A stretch of DNA of 64,000 nucleotides from Rebecca billardiae RCC1528. Lineage: Eukaryota; Protista; Haptophyta. This document shows, in pieces, positions 10,446-19,326 of the stretch. Both the position numbers and the translations under genes were made by a program. How positions within the stretch are numbered: the stretch's first letter is position 1; each line of letters begins with the position of its first letter. The notes beneath the pieces were generated by a model, which was not told the DNA's origin, made no database searches, and was given only the letters and a program-made list of their open reading frames with translations. The stretch spans positions 868,001 to 932,000 of the forward strand of contig OZ251228.1 of NCBI GenBank assembly GCA_965240325.2, read 5' to 3'.

Positions 10446-12989
10446 TCACTTATCGATCTCGCTGCCGCGCTCATCCGTATCACTGGCGCCCCCGGCAATG
10501 TCGTCACCACCGTCAGCGCTGGCATCGGTGGCCGCGTCACCGTCGATTGTGCTCCGCCTTCGATCATCGCCGGTGCCGCCCACGATCGGAGTGTCATGCC
10601 CAGCCTGGACTTGCGGCGCGCCGTCCGCGGCACCACGCGGCGAGGTCGGCCCCTCGACATCCTCGTCCCTCTGCGCAAGCTTCTCGTCCAAGTCGAAGGC
10701 CACGTCCACCAGCTCGACGAGCCGCGCCACCCACTTGTCCGCCGCGGCCGCCTCCACGTCCGTGTGCTTCCAGCGCGCTGCCGAGCCCTTGCGCTCGCCT
10801 GCGGGCGGAGGCGGGGCGCGCGGGGAGCGGCGCGGAGGCTGAGCGGCGGTGCGCGAGCGCGGCGAGGCGCGGCGTGTCCGCGCGCGCGCGCACCGAGCCT
10901 CGCCTGCACGCCCGCCGCAAAGTCGGCCGCGCCGATCAGCTGCTGGTTGAGCGCGAGCTCGGTGAGCAGGCACGCGCGCAGGCTGGAGCGCCGCTCGTAG
11001 CTCGCGCTCAGCGCGCGCCTGCACACGACGAGCGCGGCCGGCGCGCACGTCTCCAGCCGCGCCTCGCACGCCTCCAGCCACTCGAGCGACGCGCGCAGCC
11101 GCGCGTCGCCGGCGTGCGCCGAGGCCGCGGGCGCGCGCTTGCGCACCTCGTCGCGCGAGCAGCTGAGCGCCTGCAGCGCCTGCAACAGGCGGCCGCAGCG
11201 GCAGCGGCACGCGCGGCGCGCGCGGACGGCGCGGCGCGGGGCGGTGCGCTCGGCGTGGGGTGGCGCGTGCAGGGCGGCGCGGCGCGCGGGGCGGCGCACT
11301 GCCCACCTGCTCGAGGTCGGGCTGGCCGAAGATCGCGTCGATGCGCGCCTGCACGCGCGCGAGCGTCGAGTGCGCGCGCAGCGGCTCGCTGAGCGCCGCC
11401 AGCAGCGCGTCGAGCGCTCGCATCTCCACGCGCCGCAGCTGCTCGGCGAGGGCGGGCACGCTGGGCTCGGGGACGTGCGCCGTGGCGAGCCCGGCGTACA
11501 GCGCGTCGGGCGCGCTCAGCCGCGCGCCGCTCAGCGTGGCGTACATCCCGACGAAGCCCGGCGGGTGCGTGGCGAAGTGGTGGAGCGCGCCCGCATCCGG
11601 ACACAGCCCGATCAAGCACTCGGGCATGCCCACGCTGGCGCGGCCGCTCAGCACGCGCCGGTTGGCGGCGAGGAAGAGGCCGAGGCCGGCGCCGAGCGCG
11701 AGGCCGTCGGCGATCGCGACGACGGGCTTGCGCCGCGCCACCTCCGCCACCGCCGCCAGCGCCGCGTACTCGAGGTGCAGGAAGCACGCGCGCTCTGACA
11801 CGGACGGCAGCTGCGCGATGCAGCGCACGTCGCCGCCCGCCGAGAACGCGCGCTCGTCCTCCGAGCGGATGAGCAGCGCGCGCACGGAGGGGTCGTCCGC
11901 CGCGGCGGTGGCGACGTCGAGGATCTGGCCGAGCATCCCCGCGTCCAGCGCGTTCAGCTGCGAGCCGCGTGCGAGCACGAGCTCCGTCAGCCCGTTGGGG
12001 TGCGTGTGCACGAGCACGCCGCTGCGGCGCGGCCGCGGCTGCGGCGGCTGGCCGGCCGCCGCCGCCGCCGCCGCCGACGCGTCGGCGGGCACGTCCGCCG
12101 CGCCGCCCTCGAGCAGCGGGCGGAGCGCCGAGAGCGTGCGCCAGCTGCGATCGCCGTCCACGAGCCGCTGGTGGATCACGCGGTCGACCGCCGCGCCCAT
12201 CGCGAGCGTCTGCTCAGCCGAGTAGGAGTGCGCGGCGAGCAGCGCCTCGGCCCACGAGGGCGGCGCGTCCGCGCCGCCCTCGGCGTGCGCGTCGCCCGGG
12301 TCGGCGCGCGCGGCGGGGTCGGCGTGCTCATCGTCGTCCAGCACCTCGTCCTCCCAAGGGGCGCCCTCGGCCAGCGCGTCGTCGCCCACGCTGCACGCGC
12401 TGCGCAGCTCGACGAGCAGGGGCAAGATGCGCTCCGCGCGCGTGCGCCGCAGCAGCCGGCTCGCACGCGCGGCGGTGAGCGCACACGCATCGGCGAGCTC
12501 GGGCTGGCCGAGCTGGCGGTGGGTGGACCACGTCGCCGTGCTCATCACCAGGCTTCGCACCAGCGCGAGCTGCGCGTCCGGGGGTGCCTCCGCGAGCGCG
12601 CGCTCCAGCATGGCGTGCACGCGCGGACGCTCGGCGAGCGGCAGGGCTGGGTCGGTGAGGTACGAGGCGAAGAAGCCGCGCGCGCCGTTGGACGCGCTGA
12701 ACACGTGGCGCATCGCGGTCTGAAACTCCGCCGGCGGCTCGCAGCCCCCGGCCGACGCGGCCTCCAGGGCTGCGCACAGCCGCGCGCCGATGCGGCTCGC
12801 CTCGTCAAACGTGGCGCGCCGGATCTCGTCGCGCGTGGGGAGCGAGGCGGCGGAGGCCGCGCCCCGCGAGGGCGGCGGCGTGGACAAGGCGACGATCACG
12901 CTCGTCCGGCCGCCCTGCGACAGCCGTCGAGCCGCCGCCGGGCCGCGGGACGCCCCGACGGCCGAAAGGACGGCCAGTGCAGGCAGCAT
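10446..12989 (-). CDS. Crotonase-fold 3-hydroxyisobutyryl-CoA hydrolase-like protein with an extra N-terminal domain; exons ~12989-11307, 11179-10894, 10798-10446
   Basis: LNALD, RAFSAGGDV, KPVVAIADGLALGAGLGL, MPECLIGLCPDAG, GARL...DALYAGLAT. Splicing of GT-AG introns 11180-11306 and 10799-10893 gives DFAAGVQARLGERKGSAARW, matching the HIBCH C-terminal DF.EGVRA.L.DK...P.W. Hydrophobic N-terminus MLPALAVLSAVG. Confidence 0.85.
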   Translation of the reverse strand: MLPALAVLSAVGASRGPAAARRLSQGGRTSVIVALSTPPPSRGAASAASLPTRDEIRRATFDEASRIGARLCAALEAASAGGCEPPAEFQTAMRHVFSASNGARGFFASYLTDPALPLAERPRVHAMLERALAEAPPDAQLALVRSLVMSTATWSTHRQLGQPELADACALTAARASRLLRRTRAERILPLLVELRSACSVGDDALAEGAPWEDEVLDDDEHADPAARADPGDAHAEGGADAPPSWAEALLAAHSYSAEQTLAMGAAVDRVIHQRLVDGDRSWRTLSALRPLLEGGAADVPADASAAAAAAAGQPPQPRPRRSGVLVHTHPNGLTELVLARGSQLNALDAGMLGQILDVATAAADDPSVRALLIRSEDERAFSAGGDVRCIAQLPSVSERACFLHLEYAALAAVAEVARRKPVVAIADGLALGAGLGLFLAANRRVLSGRASVGMPECLIGLCPDAGALHHFATHPPGFVGMYATLSGARLSAPDALYAGLATAHVPEPSVPALAEQLRRVEMRALDALLAALSEPLRAHSTLARVQARIDAIFGQPDLEQVGSAPPRAPRRPARATPRRAHRPAPRRPRAPRVPLPLRPPVAGAAGAQLLARRGAQARARGLGARRRRAAARVARVAGGVRGAAGDVRAGRARRVQARAERELRAALQPARVPAHRARAQPAADRRGRLCGGRAGEARCARARTRRASPRSRTAAQPPRRSPRAPPPPAGERKGSAARWKHTDVEAAAADKWVARLVELVDVAFDLDEKLAQRDEDVEGPTSPRGAADGAPQVQAGHDTPIVGGTGDDRRRSTIDGDAATDASADGGDDIAGGASDTDERGSEIDK

Positions 12990-13066
12990 GGCGTCGGCCA
13001 CGTCGATCTCAGTCCTGCAGCTTTTGGGCAGCTTGAAGCTGTGGCCTGTCGTCAGTATATGGAGTT

Positions 13067-13107
13067 TGCTAAGAGTCACGGCTCGATGATTCGATGATGA
13101 TTTGCCA
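13067..13107. repeat. Split repeat A, terminal copy
   Basis: TGCTAAGAGTCACGGCTCGATGATT[CGATGATGATT]TGCCA; matches 15615-15644 apart from the bracketed 11-nt micro-duplication. Confidence 0.9.
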
Positions 13108-13776
13108 GGCAGCTACGTTAATCATCAGACAGAGGGGCAGCAGTCCGGTCCGCCCAGACGACGAGTGGCCATGTCTTCCAGCGCCTCGCGTTCGCGAGGC
13201 GTGCCCGAAACAGCTACACACTCACCGGTGCCCTGGGGCACCGGCGCAACCCGCATCCAACACTCCGCATATCGCAGACACGACATATCCACCCGCGCTT
13301 GCACACGCACGCCCCCCCCCCGCCTGCTTGCTGACCATGAAAGGACTGGCCCCGGGTGCGGACGCCAAGCGCATGCTCATCCCGACACGACGGCGAACAC
13401 CTGCGGTGTGCCTGTGCGGAGGCACTGGGGAGCGACACGCGGAGTGTGGGCCGCCCTCCTTCCTGAGCAGCGCCCGGCCCTCAGGTGGAGACCGCGCCCG
13501 TCCCGGCCTCCCCGCGGCGGCCGCGAGCCCCCCCCCCCCCCCCCCCTTTTCCCCATCCTGCCCGTTTCGCGACAAACCCCTCTCCCCCCGAAACGCACGA
13601 CGGGCCGCCGTGGTCCGGGGGACCGGCGGGGCCACTCCGGACCTGGGTTTTGAAATTTGATTTCAACCCCGCGCGCCGAAATGCCTTTGGCACCAGCACC
13701 GACCTCGCTCGCACCGCAGTGCTTCCGCACCCGCCCCCCGGCCCTCCGCAGCCCCGCGCCCGCCACACCGGCCACC

Positions 13777-14847
13777 ATGCCCCCTTACCAGCACGGCTTT
13801 TTCCGCGACCGTCTCAACAGCAGGAGCGCCTTGAGCTTCTTCCCCTCTTCCAACAACTTCGAGCGCGGGCTGCAGGTGGAACGGCCGAGCACCCCCACCG
13901 CCAGGCGGGATGCGGGCCAGCAGATGTGCACGACGATGATCAAGCTGAGCGCGCGCTGCCTGAGCGACGTGGCGCCCAACTCGCAAGGCGGGCGACTGCT
14001 CTCAGGACTCACCCAGGACCCCAAAGGCAATAAGCACGTTTTCTCCTTCACCGGCTCGGTGCTCGAGAACATGACCATCTGCCGCCGCCTGGCCACCAGC
14101 CTGTGCATGCCGAACATTCTCACGGCGTGCACCACGGAGCTCACGCAGGAGATGCTCGCGCTGTCGGCGGCCGACCTCGCAACCCAGGCGAAGGACGTGT
14201 CCCTCACGCTCCCGGTTAGCCCCACGATGACGCTCGTGCAGTTTCACAGGGCCCTCTACGAGCAGATCGTGCCCGACATCAACAAGTACGTGACCAACGG
14301 TGAGCACGTCGAGACCAACATCTACTCCGGCGGTGTGAACCTGATCTTCCTCCGCCTGCGTTTCATGCCCATCGACCCCGAGCACCCCATCTTCTTCGCG
14401 CCGCTCAAGCCGAGCCGCCGCATCGCCGGCGCCGCCCGCGTCCCACACAACCTGTGGGGCGTGCCGCCCGCGCCGCCTGTGCCGCCCGCGCCGCCCGCCG
14501 CTGCGCGCCGCCCTGCTCCTCAGCCGGCCGACCAACAGGCGGCGGACCCCGCCGGCCCGGAGGCGGAGGAGCCCGAGGGGGAGGGTTCGGACGATGCCAT
14601 CCCGCCACCCCAGCCACCAACCGCGGCCGCGCCGTCGGACGGGCCCGAGGTGCAACAGGCCAGGCCGGCGCTCGGGGAGTCCAACTACCGCCTGGTCCTG
14701 CCCCCCGGCGCCGCGGCAGCCGGCAAGCGCGCGGCGACCGAGCCGTCCACGCCGGCGGAGGAGGATGGGCCCTCCTCCGCTGGCGGGAGCGACGCCAAGC
14801 CGGCCAAGCAGGCTCGCACCGCGTCCCTCGGCGACCCCCCCCCGTGA
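13777..14847 (+). CDS. Element-borne protein of unknown function (globular ~205-aa N-terminal part plus Pro/Ala/acidic disordered tail)
   Basis: ATG in GCCACCATG context; strong C/G third-position bias; complex non-repetitive protein sequence; no motif recognised. Confidence 0.7.
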   Translation: MPPYQHGFFRDRLNSRSALSFFPSSNNFERGLQVERPSTPTARRDAGQQMCTTMIKLSARCLSDVAPNSQGGRLLSGLTQDPKGNKHVFSFTGSVLENMTICRRLATSLCMPNILTACTTELTQEMLALSAADLATQAKDVSLTLPVSPTMTLVQFHRALYEQIVPDINKYVTNGEHVETNIYSGGVNLIFLRLRFMPIDPEHPIFFAPLKPSRRIAGAARVPHNLWGVPPAPPVPPAPPAAARRPAPQPADQQAADPAGPEAEEPEGEGSDDAIPPPQPPTAAAPSDGPEVQQARPALGESNYRLVLPPGAAAAGKRAATEPSTPAEEDGPSSAGGSDAKPAKQARTASLGDPPP

Positions 14848-14941
14848 CCTGGCTGCCGCCGCGCCGCAGTCGCTGGCGTAGAGCCGCGCGCGGCGCTGGC
14901 GCGCCAGACGCGCCCGGTTGGGCAGCGCAGGCACCCTCAGC

Positions 14942-15061
14942 GGCCAGGACGACGACTTCCTCAACGGCAAGGGCGACGACTTCCTCTGCGGCCAGGGCGA
15001 CGACTTCCTCAACGGCAAGGACGACGACTTCCTCAACGGCAAGGGCGACGACTCCCTCAAC
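14942..15061 (+). repeat. 24-bp minisatellite x5 (GGCMAGGRCGACGACTTCCTCAAC)
   Basis: Five consecutive units; translation GQDDDFLN/GKGDDFLC/GQGDDFLN/GKDDDFLN/GKGDDSLN. Confidence 0.93.
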
Positions 15062-15496
15062 TCGGCAAGGCCACTAGGCCGCGCACACCGGCCCGGGCGA
15101 CCACATCCACTACCTGCACTACGGCATCAACTTGAACAGCCTCGGACGACGACGACACGGGCAACTACATGATGACCAAGGCCGACGACGACTGCAAAAC
15201 AGCGGCATCCCCGGGCGCCTACTAGTACTACCTCAGTGACCGTGTGATCAGCATCGGTTACGACGACTCCCTCACCCGCGGCCAACGCGCTCCGACATCC
15301 TCCATTAACTCCATTCAGTACTTCGACAGACGAATCAGGAGAGCTGCGCCCTCGTGCCTGTGTCTTTAAATCATAGAATTAGTCCCAGATGGGGCCGGCT
15401 GGCCCTCAGCGTCGGTCCGCGGCTGATCCACGCCCAGTGGGTGCGGTCGCTGCGGGCCCCCACTCCAAAACGAGCATCAGGGGGGGGCGTGGTGGG

Positions 15497-15644
15497 TTAG
15501 GGTGGCGTCGTGACGCCACCCAAAACGAGCACAGGCGGGAGGGACCCGATCGACGGGTCCGGACCATGAGCTCGCCGCGTACTCGCAAACCCACGTTACC
15601 CGTAACATAGCATTTGCTAAGAGTCACGGCTCGATGATTTGCCA
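15497..15644. repeat. Internal B+A junction of the split repeats
   Basis: B (15497-15612), TT, A (15615-15644); the junction reads TAGCA-TT-TGCTA, i.e. inverted arms around a TT spacer. Confidence 0.93.
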
Positions 15645-15783
15645 CCAAAGAGCACGGGTGCGCGCCGAGGATGGCCAACAGCGGCGGGGCATGCAGGATG
15701 CCGTACCAGCCGAGCGTGCGGCTGTGGGGAGCGGACTGGCGTTGATCGCCATCCGGGCGATGTCGACGTCGACGTCGGCATCG

Positions 15784-17019
15784 TTACTCGTCGGACGTGT
15801 GGTTGTCCTCGTCCAGTTCGGCGTGAGCGGCTCGCGCGTGGTCGCGCGGCGGCGCGGGGCGGGCGGTGCCCGCACGTGGGGCAGTCGCCCCTGCAGGTCG
15901 GTCTCTGCCGACGGGTCGGTCCTTGTGGACATCGGGGGTGGTCCCCGGGGGACCAGGCGGCTGCCGCCCCAGCGGTTGCACCGGAAGCTTGGTCGGCTTC
16001 ACCGTGCGCGCGAGGGCGGCCGCAGCAGCCTGCTGCTTAGCCACGGCAGCGTCGACCGCCCGATCGGCGGCGCGCAGGATCTCGTCCACTTGCGGAGAGA
16101 TCTCCGGGAGAGCCGGGCGGTGCAGATCCTCGATCTGCTTGGCGCGTAGCGCATACGCAGCGTGCTGCTCGTCGCCAGGCTGCATGTTTGCAGCGAATCG
16201 CGAGCGAAGGATAGGTACCGCTTTGACGGAGCCAGTGATTTCCAGAAGCTTATCGATGGTATTCCAGCAAGCTTCGAGCTCGATTTCGAGCTCCTCAGAA
16301 TCGAGGTCGTTGCGACCGAAGCTGTCCAGCAGATATTGGATCGTACCGGCCACGTTGTACAGGTAGTATTCCACCGCGTTGGAGTAAATGTACCCCTTGA
16401 AAAGCGCCGATTGGCGCGAGTAGTCGCGTCCCATCACCCATAGGTTCCGAGCTGCGTCGGTATCTGGCACCATCAGCCGTGGGACAGTCCGGTCGCGAGG
16501 GTCCACTCCGGCGTCCACGCGGCCCGGATTCCCATCAACGAAGCGACAAAAACGCCGATTCGTCGAAGGATCCAGACGCCGCGCGTCCTCGTCGTGCCTG
16601 GTAGCCGCCGCCGAGAGCCGCTCGTTCGCCTGTCGCAGCTCACCGTTCGTCGACTCCAACTCCCGTAGTCGCGATTCCATTCGCCCCAGGCGATCCTCCA
16701 GTACCGCCTCGTCCACTGCGAGCCCACGTGCGTTTGCGTTGTGCGCTCGCGGCGGTAGCGTGTGTTCACCGGGTAGCCGGTTCTCAGCACCACGCTGAAG
16801 GCGACCGCCAGCACCGGTAGGGCCAGCGTCGTCCGGTTCAGCGTCTTCGTCACCAGGAGCCCCCACCGAGGGCTCGCTGCCGGTAACGGCACCATCGGCG
16901 CCGGGCGACCCACCGTCGTCGCCAGGCGTGAGAGAGTGGAGGCCGGATTCGCCCTCCGCTCCCCCGATTGGGGTGGCTGGTGCTCCTCGTGTGCCGCGCC
17001 GGCGGCGTGAGGAGCCCAT
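15784..17019 (-). CDS. Gag-like ORF1 of the split-repeat element (411 aa)
   Basis: Starts ~90 bp inside terminal repeat B (MGSSRRRR). Disordered N-terminus, coiled coil (LEDRLGRMESRLRELESTNGELRQANERL), helical core and basic Pro-rich tail. Third-position usage is less GC-skewed than host genes. The Gag call is positional and compositional only. Confidence 0.65.
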   Translation of the reverse strand: MGSSRRRRGTRGAPATPIGGAEGESGLHSLTPGDDGGSPGADGAVTGSEPSVGAPGDEDAEPDDAGPTGAGGRLQRGAENRLPGEHTLPPRAHNANARGLAVDEAVLEDRLGRMESRLRELESTNGELRQANERLSAAATRHDEDARRLDPSTNRRFCRFVDGNPGRVDAGVDPRDRTVPRLMVPDTDAARNLWVMGRDYSRQSALFKGYIYSNAVEYYLYNVAGTIQYLLDSFGRNDLDSEELEIELEACWNTIDKLLEITGSVKAVPILRSRFAANMQPGDEQHAAYALRAKQIEDLHRPALPEISPQVDEILRAADRAVDAAVAKQQAAAAALARTVKPTKLPVQPLGRQPPGPPGTTPDVHKDRPVGRDRPAGATAPRAGTARPAPPRDHARAAHAELDEDNHTSDE

Positions 17020-17110
17020 GCCGATCCGTTTGGGTCCTCGGCCCTGTCGTCCGATTGGACTGGCCGGTGGTAGCTGCCCACGCGCCGCCGAGGCGGCGCG
17101 GAGCGCTCGT

Positions 17111-17226
17111 TTAGGGTGGCGTCGTGACGCCACCCAAAACGAGCACAGGCGGGAGGGACCCGATCGACGGGTCCGGACCATGAGCTCGCCGCGTACTCGC
17201 AAACCCACGTTACCCGTAACATAGCA
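17111..17226. repeat. Split repeat B, terminal copy (116 bp)
   Basis: Identical to 15497-15612. Hairpins GGGTGGCGTC-GT-GACGCCACCC, GGACCCG-ATCGA-CGGGTCC and GTTAC-CC-GTAAC. Confidence 0.95.
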
Positions 17227-17287
17227 GTTCAATCGTCCGTCCGTTCAATTTCAACTTGGCCAACGGCCAATTGAGCCTCACCACGAC

Positions 17288-19129
17288 ATGGAGCCCTCGC
17301 TCGCGGACGATGGCGCCGCCGCCGCGTCCCCAGTCTTCGAGGTGCAGTGCGCGCTGTGTGCCGAACGTATCCGCAGCCAGCCGTGGGCGCGGCTCGCCTG
17401 CGGCGACGAGCGCGTCGCGAACAAGGCGTGCCTCTCCCAGCGCGCGCTCGCGTCCGGGTACGGCCGGCCGGGATGCAAGCGCGTGACAAAGGCGGCGTCG
17501 GCGACGACGAAGTACGACGGCATTCACGAGCTGCGCACGTGGCGTCATATCGCCGTCGTCGCGACGTGCGCCGGCTGCGCCGCGCCGGATGGGTCGACAG
17601 CCGTGCAGCGCGGGCCGCCCCCCAGCGACACGGCGGCAGCTCCGACAGCGACGGCTGGCCTGACGCTGGGCGACCTGCCGACGGACGTGGTCTCGCGCAT
17701 CCTCTGCTGCGTCGAGAGTACGCATGATCTGGCGAGTGTCAACGCCACGTCGCGCCTCTTCCGCGACGGGCCCGGCGAACGCTCGCCGGTGGAGCACGCG
17801 CTGCGCGAGCGCGCGCGGCAGCGCGGGCACGAGGGCGCGCTGCCGGCGGCTCTGCCCGCGCACGCGTGCTCGTGGCGGGCGGAGCTGTTCGCGCGCGAGC
17901 GCGTGCTGGAGCACGCGGATATGCACGCGTGCGTGGCCGTATCCGGCAACACCGAACCGGGTACGGCGTTCAGCGCGTTTGTGGACGCATCGGGTGGGAT
18001 GCACACCTGCGGTGAGCAGAATCAGGACGAAGACGGAGGCCCACACATGGCACTGGGCCATCCGGAGCTGCGCGGCTCGCCCGTGCCCGTGCCGACGCGC
18101 GTGTCGTCGCTCTCGGCGGTATGCATGCGAGCGGTGGCTGCTGGCTGTAAACACCTGCTTGCGCTGAGCGACTGTGGTGCCGTGTACGCGTGCGGTTCGA
18201 ATGCCTTCGGCGCGCTGGGCCTGGGCGGAGGCGATTCCGCCGATCCATACGCGTTCGCTGCGCTGGGCATGAGCAACATGGGTCCCGTCGTGGGAATCGC
18301 TGCTGCTACATTCCGCAGCCACGCGATCACCGCAGCGGGCGGTGTGTATAGCTGGGGATGTAACGAGGACGGCGAGCTCGGCCTCGGCGACACTGAGGAC
18401 CGGCTGGAGCCTGTGCGCGTCGAGGCGCTGGACGGCGTGCGCGTGGGCGGGCTCGCTGCGGGGGGCATGCACACGCTGCTACTCTCTACGGACGGTGTCG
18501 TTTACGCTTGCGGTGAAGATAGTGAATTTGATTCCTTTGCTCTCGGCATTGACGACTCGAACCAGCTGGGCCACGGCGACCGTCAAGATCATCTCACGCC
18601 GAGGCGCATCGAGGCGCTGCAGGGCGTGCGCGCCGTGCACGTGAGTGCGGGCATGAGCCACAGCCTGGTGGTCGATGCCACAGGCAGCGTGCACTCGTTC
18701 GGGAGAGGGGGAGGTGGTTCCCTTGGCCATGGGGACTTCTCCGACGAACCAGTGCCCAGGCGCATCGAGGCGCTGCAGGGCGTGCGCATCGTGCGTGCCA
18801 GGGCGGGCCTTGGGTGCAGCGCGGTGATGGGCGCGGACGGCAGCGTGTACACGTTTGGCTACAACGACTGCGGCCTGCTCGGCATCGGCTCGGCTGGCGC
18901 AAACCAGCCGCTTCCGGTGCGCGTGCACGCCCCAGCGCATGGCCAATTTGTGGACTGCTTTCTCAACAGCTGGCAGACGCTTTGGATCGCGTCAGACGGC
19001 GGCGCATATTCGCACGGCAAGCAGTCGGCCGCGCTCGGCCACGGCGTGAACCATGCCGATGGGATGGACGACCTCTTCTCTCCTGCGCGGATTGCGCAGC
19101 TCCCACCCCTGCGGCGCCGGGGTGCGTAG
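17288..19129 (+). CDS. F-box-like plus RCC1-repeat beta-propeller protein
   Basis: LGDLPTDVVSRIL (F-box-like); repeated V.AG..H.L.L...G.VY.[CW]G....GQLG.G; PRRIEALQGV twice at a 156-nt spacing; Cys-rich N-terminus. Confidence 0.9.
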   Translation: MEPSLADDGAAAASPVFEVQCALCAERIRSQPWARLACGDERVANKACLSQRALASGYGRPGCKRVTKAASATTKYDGIHELRTWRHIAVVATCAGCAAPDGSTAVQRGPPPSDTAAAPTATAGLTLGDLPTDVVSRILCCVESTHDLASVNATSRLFRDGPGERSPVEHALRERARQRGHEGALPAALPAHACSWRAELFARERVLEHADMHACVAVSGNTEPGTAFSAFVDASGGMHTCGEQNQDEDGGPHMALGHPELRGSPVPVPTRVSSLSAVCMRAVAAGCKHLLALSDCGAVYACGSNAFGALGLGGGDSADPYAFAALGMSNMGPVVGIAAATFRSHAITAAGGVYSWGCNEDGELGLGDTEDRLEPVRVEALDGVRVGGLAAGGMHTLLLSTDGVVYACGEDSEFDSFALGIDDSNQLGHGDRQDHLTPRRIEALQGVRAVHVSAGMSHSLVVDATGSVHSFGRGGGGSLGHGDFSDEPVPRRIEALQGVRIVRARAGLGCSAVMGADGSVYTFGYNDCGLLGIGSAGANQPLPVRVHAPAHGQFVDCFLNSWQTLWIASDGGAYSHGKQSAALGHGVNHADGMDDLFSPARIAQLPPLRRRGA

Positions 19130-19326
19130 CACTCGGTGCGCGATGGCGCGGGGGCAGTCGCGACCGGCCGGCACGTGCTGGCGTCGTGGAAGCCGATGAT
19201 ATTGATGACTTCGCCGGTGGCGCGTGGCGGCACGTGATAGTTGGCGGCACTCGATGATACGATGCGGCAGCGCCCCTGCCAATCGCTCGACCGCCGCAAC
19301 ACGAAGGGTGCCGGTGCGGTTCGGAA

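Larger units (their letters stand above)
13067..17226 (-). mobile_element. Non-autonomous split-direct-repeat element (PAT/Ngaro-type tyrosine-recombinase retroelement architecture)
   Basis: Repeat A at 13067-13107 and 15615-15644. Repeat B (116 bp, identical) at 15497-15612 and 17111-17226. The internal B-TT-A junction reproduces the join of the two outer ends. Termini TGCTA...TAGCA, with GTT on both flanks. Confidence 0.8.

Noticed and set aside
15497-17226. Simple LTR/TRIM element bounded by the two 116-bp repeats
   Set aside because: It does not explain repeat A at 13067 and 15615 or the GTT flanks; the split-repeat model accounts for all four repeats.
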